Part shown: one piece after another, positions 26,179 to 35,642 of the stretch
Layout: every line of letters starts with the position of its first letter
Position numbering within the stretch: position 1 is the stretch's first letter
Source of the DNA: Candidatus Woesearchaeota archaeon
GTDB taxonomy: Archaea > Nanobdellota > Nanobdellia > Woesearchaeales > GW2011-AR9
Assembly: GCA_018664115.1 (NCBI GenBank)
Contig: JABJOX010000055.1
Span: 1-54,842 of the forward strand
Length of the DNA: 54,842 nucleotides
Reading direction: 5' to 3'
Notes under the pieces: model-generated
Told to the model about the DNA's origin: nothing
What the model saw: only the letters and a program-made list of their open reading frames with translations
Database searches by the model: none
Position numbers and translations under genes: made by a program

Positions 26179-26561
26179 TTTATATCCTCTAAGTATTCTT
26201 TAATTAATTCAACAGTAATAAGAGCATTCTTTTTATTTTTTTTACTTGCCCAAGCATTGATATCATAAATTCTATTTCTGGAAAGTTTAATAGCCATTGA
26301 TGAACGTTTTAGTTTCCCAGCAAGAAACTCATCACTTTCATGGCTGTGATTTATCAGGTATAAAAAATCTGAAGCCCCCCATCTTTGTCCGCCAACGATT
26401 ACTTTTCCGTTATATTCTCTATCTGGTTCAATGGTGTTTATTTTTTCAACAGAACCAAATATTTTTTCTAATCCCAAAATAAATTCATCACGATTTTTAT
26501 CTTCTAAAAAATAGGGAGGTATTTTGAAATCAACTAAATTATCTCGTGTTTGTAAGATCAT
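26175..26561 (-). CDS. hypothetical protein, paralog of 25558-26178
   Basis: P....E..RDEFI..LEKIF..VE, WGASD, SDEFLAGKLKRSSMAI and INAWA...IT.ELIKEYL align with the neighbour. Confidence 0.55.
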   Translation of the reverse strand: MILQTRDNLVDFKIPPYFLEDKNRDEFILGLEKIFGSVEKINTIEPDREYNGKVIVGGQRWGASDFLYLINHSHESDEFLAGKLKRSSMAIKLSRNRIYDINAWASKKNKKNALITVELIKEYLEDIK

Positions 26562-27007
26562 TTTTTATTTACCTCATCTTCGCTTAAATCATAATCGCAA
26601 TTTATTAATTCATGTTTTTTTCTACTTTTCCATTGTCTTATTAAAAAAGCTTCAAATAAAAGAGTATCAGCATAAGCAAACTCGTTATTGTTGAAAATAA
26701 TATAATAGAATTCCATATTTTGCATGATATAATCTTTAGTGTCAGTATACTTAATCCCCATTTTTTTTTGAATATTTCTTCTAAATGAACTATTTGAACT
26801 TTTTGGACTATTGGATAAATGTTGTTTTATTCTTTTTTTAAGTTTGTTTGCCCGACCAACATATTTGACTTTTCTATCTTCATAAAAAATATACACTCCT
26901 GGATTATCTGGTAAATTCTTAATTAAATCATTAGTTATTTTTTTTGGAACGGCTTTACATACTTTTCGGTAATTCCTACTTAATTCTTCAAATATCTTTT
27001 TCTTCAT
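26558..27007 (-). CDS. GIY-YIG nuclease (UvrC N-terminal-like)
   Basis: LPDNPGVYIF...YVGRANKLKKRIKQH and FEAFLI...N. Confidence 0.85.
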   Translation of the reverse strand: MKKKIFEELSRNYRKVCKAVPKKITNDLIKNLPDNPGVYIFYEDRKVKYVGRANKLKKRIKQHLSNSPKSSNSSFRRNIQKKMGIKYTDTKDYIMQNMEFYYIIFNNNEFAYADTLLFEAFLIRQWKSRKKHELINCDYDLSEDEVNKK

Positions 27008-27282
27008 TTCAATTTCCTCCTGAGAACATCTACCAACTTCCGATCCATATAACCATAAACATCAGATATATCTAAGTTAAGTATCCGTTTTTTTAAATAT
27101 TGTGTAGGAAATTGCTTCCCAATCTCTGATCGTTGTCTTTCCTCAAAAACATAAACAATGTCAGCCCACTCTAGATCTTCTTTTTTAAGATTAACAAAAA
27201 CACCTGCATATTTACCACCAAAGATATTAGCAGCTGTCCGACTTCGATACTTTCCTAGATTACAAACAAACAATTTATTCAT
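27004..27282 (-). CDS. low-molecular-weight phosphotyrosine phosphatase-like protein (start ATG 27282)
   Basis: CX5R motif LFVCNLGKYRSRTA, LEWADIV and LDISDVYGYMD; ATGA overlap. Confidence 0.8.
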   Translation of the reverse strand: MNKLFVCNLGKYRSRTAANIFGGKYAGVFVNLKKEDLEWADIVYVFEERQRSEIGKQFPTQYLKKRILNLDISDVYGYMDRKLVDVLRRKLK

Positions 27283-27737
27283 TTTATAAATATACAAAAC
27301 CTCACTTTAATATTATCTGTCGTTGGACATTCAGTAGAATTAGGTACATAAGAACTACCTAAAACAATCCCAGTTAAATCAATACATGCCCAATCAAAAT
27401 AATCCATAATTAAGTGAACTAATGTCTGACGATTGTTTTTCTCAAGAACATAAGAAAAGTTTCCTAAAAATCTTTTATTTTTGATATTATTTACAAAAAA
27501 AGATTTAATTAAATCATAAATTTCTTTTTTAATTTCAATTAATGATTTACTTGGGTCTAAAGTATAATCAAGAGATATAACTTCATAATTAATGTTATTA
27601 AACAATTCTTTCGCTGAAGGGATTTCTTTATTATCAAGAAAAATGTTGTTTAACTTTTTATTTGCATCTGCCTGTTTATGAAATAAATCGTTACGAAATT
27701 CTTGAATTTCATTTAAACTAAGTCTATCTAAAATCAT
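27279..27737 (-). CDS. hypothetical protein
   Basis: 152-aa ORF with ATGA overlaps on both sides. Confidence 0.6.
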   Translation of the reverse strand: MILDRLSLNEIQEFRNDLFHKQADANKKLNNIFLDNKEIPSAKELFNNINYEVISLDYTLDPSKSLIEIKKEIYDLIKSFFVNNIKNKRFLGNFSYVLEKNNRQTLVHLIMDYFDWACIDLTGIVLGSSYVPNSTECPTTDNIKVRFCIFIK

Positions 27738-27934
27738 ATTATCACCCGCACTTCTTCTTTACCATAACGAACACCATAAACCGGATTGTCAGGAAGATCA
27801 TACCCAGAAATTAAAGCAATAAAATAATCCATCTCAAAACTTTTAGGAATAGTTACTAAAACTAGATTCCCCTTACCAGTAGGAGCAACTAAAACTTCAT
27901 GTCCTTCACAAAAATTAGTAATTATTTCTTCCAT
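27734..27934 (-). CDS. hypothetical small protein
   Basis: 66 aa, abuts the CARF gene stop. Confidence 0.55.
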   Translation of the reverse strand: MEEIITNFCEGHEVLVAPTGKGNLVLVTIPKSFEMDYFIALISGYDLPDNPVYGVRYGKEEVRVII

Positions 27935-28531
27935 TCATAACCTCGCAATCTTACCGGCATCCGTTAACTTTAAATCTTCTACTAAACCCATCTCTTCTAG
28001 TTCTTTGATGTTTCGGTACAACATTGCCCGAGAGATATCAATCTTTTCAGATAGAACCATTAAAGAAGTAAACTTTTTTTCCTCTAAATATTCAAGAACT
28101 TTTTTTTGTGATTCATTAAGTTGAAATTGTAATTTTGGTAAAAAAACTGGTAGTTCACCTTTTTCCTCAGGATAATAGAGTATTTTTTTTACTCTCGATG
28201 GCCTAGCATAAGCACCAAATAATAAACCAATAGCTTTAGTCTTCCTTCCAGAAGTAATATTTACAAAAATTTGATCATCTTTAGGTTGCATATCAATTAT
28301 TTCTACGGCTTTAGTTGCAATAGCAACAATGTCATAAACTTCTGTTTTAACAACTTTGATATCAATAACTCTACCTAAAGAGTTTTTTAACAACTCTAAA
28401 CTCTTTTCCTGCTCTTTAGAAGGGACTTTGTCAATAAGAAGATACATTCTGCTAGGACCAAGTTTATTAGCTGCCACTAATACTGGATCTACATTGTATA
28501 ATGTTGCAATTAAGATTTTGTGATTTCCCAT
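27935..28531 (-). CDS. CARF-wHTH regulator (Csa3-like)
   Basis: ILIATL, VNITSGRKT..IGL CARF motif, LP linker and ISRAMLYRNIKELEEMGLV...LTDAG wHTH. Confidence 0.85.
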   Translation of the reverse strand: MGNHKILIATLYNVDPVLVAANKLGPSRMYLLIDKVPSKEQEKSLELLKNSLGRVIDIKVVKTEVYDIVAIATKAVEIIDMQPKDDQIFVNITSGRKTKAIGLLFGAYARPSRVKKILYYPEEKGELPVFLPKLQFQLNESQKKVLEYLEEKKFTSLMVLSEKIDISRAMLYRNIKELEEMGLVEDLKLTDAGKIARL

Positions 28532-28588
28532 ATTTAAGTATTATAATGAACGCTTAGTTTATAAATATTTCTATTAAAAAGCATAAAA

Positions 28589-28606
28589 TTCTACAAATGA
28601 GTAGAA
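28589..28606. promoter_or_regulatory. palindromic operator candidate between divergent TATA boxes
   Basis: TTCTAC-N6-GTAGAA, flanked by TTTATAAA (28558-28565) and TTTAAATA (28610-28617). Confidence 0.5.
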
Positions 28607-28639
28607 AAGTTTAAATATAAGTATATCTCACATACTTCT

Positions 28640-28756
28640 ATGAACGACAAAAAAGCAGTCAAGATTCATGATATAAAGGAGGATGAATTTGTAGATTTTA
28701 TGAAAGACAGGAAAAACTATAAATCTTTTAAAAAAGAAAATGGACCAGATAACTGA
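28640..28756 (+). CDS. possible 38-aa leaderless micro-ORF
   Basis: MNDKKAVKIHDIKEDEFVDFMKDRKNYKSFKKENGPDN; ATG about 23 nt after the TATA box. Confidence 0.35.
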   Translation: MNDKKAVKIHDIKEDEFVDFMKDRKNYKSFKKENGPDN

Positions 28757-29042
28757 AATGTTAAAACAAAGTAAAGAAAATATTGCAATTAGATACTTAC
28801 CCAGAAAAGATTATGAAAAGCGAAAAGAAGATTTAATTCTAACTTTACAAGAAAACTTAAGTAAATTAGAAGATAAAAAACAAGAGTTCATGGAGATTGC
28901 TGTAGAATTATTAGAATCTAAAGAAAAATCTGAAAAGACTTTACAGTTTATTAAGAAAGACTTAGAAAAGATCAATACCACTATTGTGCAAACTAGAGGG
29001 TATGTTTCTCTGATCAATAATAATCCTTTCTTTAGAGATTAA
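28740..29042 (+). CDS. coiled-coil hypothetical protein
   Basis: 100 aa, heptad-rich. Confidence 0.6.
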   Translation: MDQITEMLKQSKENIAIRYLPRKDYEKRKEDLILTLQENLSKLEDKKQEFMEIAVELLESKEKSEKTLQFIKKDLEKINTTIVQTRGYVSLINNNPFFRD

Positions 29043-29174
29043 AAATGAAATTAAAAACTATACCACTCGCCAAGAATATCGCTTATAAGAATTTCCAGTA
29101 ACTAACATATCTATCAGAACTTCGAAATAGATATTAAAGGGTTAATTCTCAAATATAAAAAGGGGTGATTGAAT

Positions 29175-30194
29175 ATGAATACAGAAAGTTTTTTACCAAA
29201 TATTTATTTAAATAAACACATGAAACAAGCATTACTATTGCAGTTAGTTTCTAAAGAACCAATTAATATATTGTTTGTAGGCGATCCATATAGTGGAAAA
29301 ACAACGATACTACAAGAGATGGCTAAACAAAAAGAAAAAGCAACATTTTGTGATGGAATATTATTTACAAAAATACTTACACCTACAAATGTTTTAATTA
29401 AAGAGACGATGAATAACACAGAATTGCTATGTGTTGATGATGTTGATTCTTGTACCGCTGAAGATAGAATGGTTTTAAAAGATATTCTTAATTCTAAAAT
29501 GTCAGTATTAGCCGTAGCTAACCCTAAATTTGGTAGGTTTGATCCTTATGATTTAATCCGGAACCAAATTAGTCTTGATACTAAGACCATTTCTTCTTTT
29601 GACTTAATCTTTCCATTGAAAGATTTTCCGGAAGAAAAGAAAGACAGAATGTTAGCTAAATTAATGTTTAACAAATCAGAAAATAAATTGTTTGATTTAC
29701 CTAAAGGACATAAAGTAATAATTAACATAGAACTTGAAGAGAAAATGATTGATTATTATGTTAAAAATAGGGCAACACCAGTTGAAGATTTTGTTGTAAT
29801 TAAACATGTCTTGAGAACTTTTACTACTTTAATCAAACTAACTAAAGCTAGTGCAATCTTAAATGAAAGATTAACAGCAAATGAAGATGATCTCAATGTT
29901 GCTATTGAGATTATTGAATATAGTTTTAATCAGATGACAAAAGATGCCGAAAGTGGGGTTATTGATATTGATAGAATCTCTTCTGCAAATTTAACTGCTC
30001 CAAAAAGAAAAAATATTAACATAGTTTTAAAGATTATAGAAGATTTAACTGAAAGAAATGTTCTTGTAGAAGATATAATCGAAAAAGGAAAACGTTTAGG
30101 AATAGAAACAGAGATAATTGATGAAGCATTGGAACAATTAAGAAGAATGGGAGAAATATATGAACCTCACGTAGGTTTTGTAACTAAATTATAA
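29175..30194 (+). CDS. truncated, degenerate MCM-family AAA+ protein with C-terminal wHTH
   Basis: INILFVGDPYSGKT, CVDDVD, SVLAVANPKFGRFDPY, SSFDLIF, IDIDRI and GEIYEP; no N-terminal domain. Confidence 0.82.
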   Translation: MNTESFLPNIYLNKHMKQALLLQLVSKEPINILFVGDPYSGKTTILQEMAKQKEKATFCDGILFTKILTPTNVLIKETMNNTELLCVDDVDSCTAEDRMVLKDILNSKMSVLAVANPKFGRFDPYDLIRNQISLDTKTISSFDLIFPLKDFPEEKKDRMLAKLMFNKSENKLFDLPKGHKVIINIELEEKMIDYYVKNRATPVEDFVVIKHVLRTFTTLIKLTKASAILNERLTANEDDLNVAIEIIEYSFNQMTKDAESGVIDIDRISSANLTAPKRKNINIVLKIIEDLTERNVLVEDIIEKGKRLGIETEIIDEALEQLRRMGEIYEPHVGFVTKL

Positions 30195-30208
30195 AAGGGG
30201 GAATTAAC

Positions 30209-30367
30209 ATGACAAAACAAAAATTAAACAGAATTTCTATAGCGGGACTAACCATTGAATCAACAGATAGTATTGAAAAGATATCTAAAGTTGCAGATAA
30301 GATCTTAACTAAACATAAACATTTAGTTGAAGATAAGGTACAAGTGTTTCAAAACCCTTGTTATTGA
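30209..30367 (+). CDS. 52-aa hypothetical protein (not in ORF track)
   Basis: MTKQKLNRISIAGLTIESTDSIEKISKVADKILTKHKHLVEDKVQVFQNPCY; SD AGGGGG. Confidence 0.5.
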   Translation: MTKQKLNRISIAGLTIESTDSIEKISKVADKILTKHKHLVEDKVQVFQNPCY

Positions 30368-30369
30368 AA

Positions 30370-30618
30370 ATGTTACCTAAATATCAAGAAGTTTCAGATG
30401 AAAAATTAGGGGAAATGAACGCAGAAGAAAAGCTTACTGAAATTAAGAAAGCATTTAATGAAATACTTAAAAAGACAATTCCTCCAGAACCAGAAGATTT
30501 AATTGACGGAATGTATAAAAGATTAGAACCTCCTTTTAACAAAGGTACAATTAAAAGGTTAGAATTTAATCATTATCTGTATATTTGTTTTGCTGATGTT
30601 GTGCAAAGGTTGATTTGA
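30370..30618 (+). CDS. hypothetical protein (start ATG 30370)
   Basis: ATG 2 nt after the previous stop. Confidence 0.55.
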   Translation: MLPKYQEVSDEKLGEMNAEEKLTEIKKAFNEILKKTIPPEPEDLIDGMYKRLEPPFNKGTIKRLEFNHYLYICFADVVQRLI

Positions 30619-30624
30619 GAATAT

Positions 30625-31920
30625 TTATTCTTCTACAATTATCAACGGACCAGTATATTCTGGAAGAACTATTGGTTCTATTTCTACTGCATTGGGTAAA
30701 TTCATTTTTTTAATATTATAATAAGTGCAAAATCCTGAGGTTTCTAAAGAACTCCCTATTTCAGCATTAAACTTTTCTGCCCCTAGTTTTGTGGTGAAAA
30801 ATTCGCTTTCACTTTGTCCTAAAGCAACAACGTCATGTGGATTATTAATTCCAAATAATTCAGGGCCAGTACAATCATCAGATTCATAATGAATATTTAA
30901 AGTGGACATTCCCGGCCAATCGCCACCAGTTACAACCTTACCATTAAAACGTAAATAATAAACTTTATCAATGTTCACATCATAAATTGTAACATAAGTA
31001 GAGTGACCCAGTCCAGACATTGGTTTCCATCCCAAAACATAACCAACCTCTTTACCTTCAGAATCATAAACTTTTAACGACGGACCAGTTGGTCCCATCT
31101 CGCCAGGAATTCCTTGTTCACCTTGTAAACCAGTATTTCCAGTATCCCCTTTTAGTCCGGCCAATCCAGTTAAACCTTGGATTCCTTGTTCTCCTTTTAG
31201 ACCAGGAAGTCCTTGTAAACCAGTTTCTCCCTGAATACCTTGTGGACCCATAATACCCATTAAACCTTCTAAACCCTGTTCGCCTTTCGGTCCAACTGGA
31301 CCTTGTAATCCGGCATCTCCTTTTGGACCTTGAATTCCCTGATAACCCTGTTCACCTTTCGGACCAGTCTCTCCAGCAATACCTTGAGGACCTACTTCCC
31401 CTTGCAAACCAGTATCACCTTTGTAACCCTGAATACCTTGTTCTCCTTTTTCACCAGGTATTCCTTGAGAACCAACATCACCTTTAAGTCCTTGAATTCC
31501 CTGAAATCCTTGTAATCCTGTATCCCCTTTAATCCCTTGCAAACCCATAAGTCCCATTGGACCTTGCGGACCAGTTAATCCAGTTTCTCCTTGCGAGCCA
31601 GTTTCTCCTTTTTCCCCAGGAACTCCTTGTAAACCAGTATCACCTTTGTATCCCTGAATTCCTTGTTCTCCTTCTGAACCAGGTGTTCCTTGAGGGCCAG
31701 TTTCTCCTTGCAAACCAGTATCTCCTTTAGAACCAGGTATTCCTTGTAAACCAATAGGACCTTGCTCACCAACTAAAGGTGTTTGATTTTCTAAATATTC
31801 AACACGTTGTTCTAACTGAGCAATTTTTTCATTATAATTAGTTGAAGGATTATTATCTAGATCACAAGAAGGTAATGCTGCACAAGCTGCAAATAATAAA
31901 GTAGTAAGTGTTTTTCTCAT
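30625..31920 (-). CDS. collagen-like exported (lipo)protein
   Basis: Signal peptide ending LPSC, coiled coil, about 77 uninterrupted Gly-X-Y triplets (about 31078-31770), globular C-terminal domain. Confidence 0.92.
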   Translation of the reverse strand: MRKTLTTLLFAACAALPSCDLDNNPSTNYNEKIAQLEQRVEYLENQTPLVGEQGPIGLQGIPGSKGDTGLQGETGPQGTPGSEGEQGIQGYKGDTGLQGVPGEKGETGSQGETGLTGPQGPMGLMGLQGIKGDTGLQGFQGIQGLKGDVGSQGIPGEKGEQGIQGYKGDTGLQGEVGPQGIAGETGPKGEQGYQGIQGPKGDAGLQGPVGPKGEQGLEGLMGIMGPQGIQGETGLQGLPGLKGEQGIQGLTGLAGLKGDTGNTGLQGEQGIPGEMGPTGPSLKVYDSEGKEVGYVLGWKPMSGLGHSTYVTIYDVNIDKVYYLRFNGKVVTGGDWPGMSTLNIHYESDDCTGPELFGINNPHDVVALGQSESEFFTTKLGAEKFNAEIGSSLETSGFCTYYNIKKMNLPNAVEIEPIVLPEYTGPLIIVEE

Positions 31921-31980
31921 TTATATCAAAATAGAGGTGTTTTTTAAAAATTTATGTGAAAAAAGAAAGAATTAAAGACT

Positions 31981-32409
31981 CTAGGGTAATGTCTCACAAG
32001 CAATTCCATCCCCATCTCTATCTAAATGATGTACATCAATACTGGGGCCACCATCTCTTTCAAATACTTTTTGAGCTTCAGCGTGAGTATTAAAATCAGC
32101 ACAATCATATATGTTGTTTGGGTCTTTTGAACCATCATAATCCGCCCCATATTTTTCTTTATATTGTTCTGTTTCTAGGGCTGTGTATTGATCACCAGAT
32201 GATTGATCATACATCATATCTTCATATAATTCATCTTCGTACGTATCAATCAGAAATACAAATAACATAATAGTAAAAAAATATCCCCAATGTTTCTTTT
32301 TGTCCGTTACTAAATTATAGAAAAAAAGAAATGCTAATATCACTACGAAAAACATCTTTGCATAAATTAGAGTCATTAATGTTGAAAATACCATTTTATT
32401 TAAGCCCAC
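31981..32409 (-). CDS. membrane protein with Excalibur calcium-binding domain
   Basis: YDCADF..HAEAQ...HLDRDGDGIACE. Confidence 0.85.
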   Translation of the reverse strand: MGLNKMVFSTLMTLIYAKMFFVVILAFLFFYNLVTDKKKHWGYFFTIMLFVFLIDTYEDELYEDMMYDQSSGDQYTALETEQYKEKYGADYDGSKDPNNIYDCADFNTHAEAQKVFERDGGPSIDVHHLDRDGDGIACETLP

Positions 32410-32412
32410 AGA

Positions 32413-32721
32413 TTATTTTTTAAACTTCCCTATATTTGGATTATCAATTTTAATTGACATAGCAATCAAAAATATAAAAATTGTGATTAGATACATTCTG
32501 TTAAGATACTTTGTGCCATAGTATTGTTCTTCATCTAAACAATCCCCCCAAGGTTCTGAAAGTTCTTTGTTTGCAGGATCAGAAATATTCTCAAAAATCT
32601 TTTCACTATACATATTACACAAATCTCTTTGGTCATCAAGCATTTTCTTATCCCAATACCCCAGAAAAGCAAGCATTAAGAGAAATGTAATTAATGTTAT
32701 AGTAAGAATTTTTATTTTCAT
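32413..32721 (-). CDS. 2-TM membrane protein
   Basis: Terminal TM helices with a Cys pair in the loop. Confidence 0.65.
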   Translation of the reverse strand: MKIKILTITLITFLLMLAFLGYWDKKMLDDQRDLCNMYSEKIFENISDPANKELSEPWGDCLDEEQYYGTKYLNRMYLITIFIFLIAMSIKIDNPNIGKFKK

Positions 32722-33083
32722 TTTCTTATCTTCTTTTTATACCATTTAGGTTCCAGAAAAGCCATAATTAAACACATTATGTGTCCGAACCAAGTTAAAT
32801 AAATGAATGGTTCATACATCTCTCCACCAACAGTACAACGAACATCATGTTCATTTAGTGGTGAGTCATCATAGGCGCTTTGTTTTTCATACCATTCATC
32901 TTCTGTGATTTCCCCACTTTGATATCTATCCCAAAGTAAATTTTCTATAATAGTACAAGGATTTCCAACTATCTTCGCTACTTTTCCATAAGGCAAGTAG
33001 CCGTTATTAGAATCAAGTTGAATGAAGAACGTTCCCAAAAGGAAAAAACCCACCGACAGAATAATCCATTGTATTTTATTCAT
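32718..33083 (-). CDS. 2-TM membrane protein
   Basis: Same topology as its neighbour; ATGA overlap. Confidence 0.65.
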   Translation of the reverse strand: MNKIQWIILSVGFFLLGTFFIQLDSNNGYLPYGKVAKIVGNPCTIIENLLWDRYQSGEITEDEWYEKQSAYDDSPLNEHDVRCTVGGEMYEPFIYLTWFGHIMCLIMAFLEPKWYKKKIRK

Positions 33084-33173
33084 AACATAATGAAATCACT
33101 TTTACTTTATAAATTTGTTCATAAATTGATGAGGGAAAATCTTCAGAAACTTCTGTACATCTAAAAAACAAAA

Positions 33174-33722
33174 CTAACTCAGCTCTCGCTTCAACATCTT
33201 ATGAGCTTTATTAACTTCTTTAAATTTCTCTGTACTACCGCCCTCAACATCAGGATGATATTCTTTAGCCATCTTTTTATAATGTTGACCGATTAATTCT
33301 AAATCATTACAATCTTCTTCAACACCAAGTAATTTACGAGCTTCTTTACGTTTTTCTTCCACATCACGATCTTCAGAAAAATCTAAAACAAATTGTTCAA
33401 CAGTTTTTTCTTTACTAAGAATTAAATCAACTTCAGCTTCAATCACTTTGAAAACAACATAAATATTTTCCACAAATTTTCTAGATAGCCCATAACTGTA
33501 ATAAAGATTCTGACCTTCAAAGTACCAAGAAGCAGATGCCTTACCTCGTTTGTATGCAACAGGTTGTAAAGGTATCTCAACATCATCTTCAACAACGCCA
33601 ATCTTTCTAAGTAAAGTGATGATATTGTTTTTGAATTGTAATGCTCTTCTGTCAAAAGAATCTCTAATTAAGGGAGCGTTAAATTCATGTCCTTTTACTG
33701 TCATTTTTGTAATATTAGCCAT
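33174..33722 (-). CDS. protein with C-terminal J domain
   Basis: EARKLLGV...YKKMAKEYHPDVEGGSTEKFKEVNKA (HPD motif). Confidence 0.85.
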   Translation of the reverse strand: MANITKMTVKGHEFNAPLIRDSFDRRALQFKNNIITLLRKIGVVEDDVEIPLQPVAYKRGKASASWYFEGQNLYYSYGLSRKFVENIYVVFKVIEAEVDLILSKEKTVEQFVLDFSEDRDVEEKRKEARKLLGVEEDCNDLELIGQHYKKMAKEYHPDVEGGSTEKFKEVNKAHKMLKRELS

Positions 33723-33839
33723 TTTTTGTGTGATTATACGAAATTCTACTCTCTGTTTATAAATGTATACTACAGAATATAAGTATTAAGAACACCAGAG
33801 AATAATAACAAATATAAACACTAAACATTTAATTCCCCT

Positions 33840-34112
33840 ATGGAAAACAAAGAATGGTTTGTTTATATCTTAGAATGCCACAACGATTCTCTTTATACAG
33901 GCATCACTAACGATTTAAAGAAACGTATGCTTACACATAAAAGCGGCAAAGGAAGTAAATATGTTCGTGCCAAAGGTTTTAAAAAACTATTACACGCAAT
34001 TTCTACAACAAATAAAAGTGAAGCAGCTAAGATGGAATATCAAATTAAACAATTAGAACGAAACGATAAAATTACTTTCTTTATGAAACATCCAAATCTA
34101 AAACTTCTCTAA
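33840..34112 (+). CDS. GIY-YIG nuclease (UPF0213/YazA-like)
   Basis: FVYILEC.NDSLYTGITND..KR...H.SGKGSKY and E..IK. Confidence 0.9.
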   Translation: MENKEWFVYILECHNDSLYTGITNDLKKRMLTHKSGKGSKYVRAKGFKKLLHAISTTNKSEAAKMEYQIKQLERNDKITFFMKHPNLKLL

Positions 34113-35642
34113 ACTCAGCTGTCCTTTACGTGTCCCTTTAGGAATCTCACGAACCTCAAGACCAAGCTGCTTATGAACGTCAACCGCTAATTTCACACCT
34201 AACATTTGTGCTAAAGAAGTTAAATCTGTTTTCTTCACATCACCCAAATCTTTTATCCCATTAATAACCATTTTTCTGGCACGAACACGACCAACACCTT
34301 TCAATTTTAATAAAGGTAACAACTCTTCTTTAACACCATTCTTAACACGAATTCTTAAATTATGAATTTCTTTGGTTAAACCACCAGCCATCATCGAAAC
34401 TCGAGCTAATTCTGAAGAAGCGTACAATAACCAATCAGCAATTTCAATTTTAACACGAATCTCTCCCGGACGAATATCAAAATTCTCTAATAAGAAATCC
34501 TCATTAGTTTCATTGATCCAAGCGTCAAAAAACAAGGAAGTTTTAATGGAATTAATAAATTCGTTATATTCTAAATCAAAAGCAGAAGGTTCTTCTTTCA
34601 ATAGTTTATCATAATTCTTAACCAGTTCTTCTTGAATTTTATCTTGTTCTTTTGCTTTAACTCTCAATAATGGCCGCATTTCTAAAGTATGACAAATCAT
34701 TTGTAAAAGAGAAAAACTATCTTTCTCAGAATTAAATTTTATTAAACAATCTAATAAATGTCTTGCAGTTAACGGATCAAGATACAATTCAGAAACTCTT
34801 TGTCCAAGCAAAGTAGCTTTTAATTTTCTAATTTCTTGATTCTTTTTGTTTAAATCTTTAGCAACAACAAAGTCATCTTGAACTCTATCTGCCCCAGAAA
34901 TTTTTACAAACTCCCATTCTTCTAACAGATTTAACATTTTATCCATAATCATTTCTAATTTAGCAAAATCTCGAAATTGTGAAGCCCAAAAAGTTTTTGA
35001 AAAGAAATCTTTCATATTCTTTTCATCTGTAATTATCCCAGAAGCGATTAAAGAAAGAAGATAAGTTCTTAACACCGGTTCAACAGCAAGTTTAGAATAT
35101 ATTTCTTCTGGTTTTCCTAAAACGTATCTGTCATAAATTTCTTGTTTATCATTTTCATCTTTTGCAACCGTTATCGCTTCTCCTTCTTTTTCAAACTCAG
35201 GCCGGCCAGCTCTGCCCGCCATTTGTAAATATTCTAAGACCGGAATCCAATCCATGCCCCATTTACCTGAAAACCTTTTAAGAGATTTGATAATCACACG
35301 ATAAGCAGGAAGTGACATCCCTGCTGCTAAGGTGGGAGTGCAACAAATTACTTTGATTTTCCCACTTCTAAACTCATCTTCAATCAAATCTTTTTGTTTC
35401 TGTACTAAACCAGCGTGATGAAAAGCAATTCCTTTCCTAACACAACGTGATAATCTCCGACACTGTTTTGTTGATGAAGAAGCAGCTTTAAGAACTTCTT
35501 CTTCCATTTCAGGATGTTGAAAATTAGTTAATTTAGAAATCTCTTCAGCAGATTTTTCTGCAGAAGCACGAGATGGTGCAAAAACTATTGCCTGCTTCTT
35601 CATCTTAATAGTTTCTACTGCTAATCGCTGAATATCATCCAT
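34098..35642 (-). CDS. Hel308/Hjm Ski2-like helicase lacking the first RecA domain
   Basis: GIAFHHAGL, TPTLAAGMSLPA, QMAGRAGRP, VSELYLDP and HhH LKGVGRVRARKM; no Walker A or DExH. Confidence 0.85.
   Translation of the reverse strand: MDDIQRLAVETIKMKKQAIVFAPSRASAEKSAEEISKLTNFQHPEMEEEVLKAASSSTKQCRRLSRCVRKGIAFHHAGLVQKQKDLIEDEFRSGKIKVICCTPTLAAGMSLPAYRVIIKSLKRFSGKWGMDWIPVLEYLQMAGRAGRPEFEKEGEAITVAKDENDKQEIYDRYVLGKPEEIYSKLAVEPVLRTYLLSLIASGIITDEKNMKDFFSKTFWASQFRDFAKLEMIMDKMLNLLEEWEFVKISGADRVQDDFVVAKDLNKKNQEIRKLKATLLGQRVSELYLDPLTARHLLDCLIKFNSEKDSFSLLQMICHTLEMRPLLRVKAKEQDKIQEELVKNYDKLLKEEPSAFDLEYNEFINSIKTSLFFDAWINETNEDFLLENFDIRPGEIRVKIEIADWLLYASSELARVSMMAGGLTKEIHNLRIRVKNGVKEELLPLLKLKGVGRVRARKMVINGIKDLGDVKKTDLTSLAQMLGVKLAVDVHKQLGLEVREIPKGTRKGQLSLEKF

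Noticed and set aside
29045-29101. Short ORF MKLKTIPLAKNIAYKNFQ, and the 16-aa ORF ending near 24070-24120
   Set aside because: Too short and without motifs or other support.
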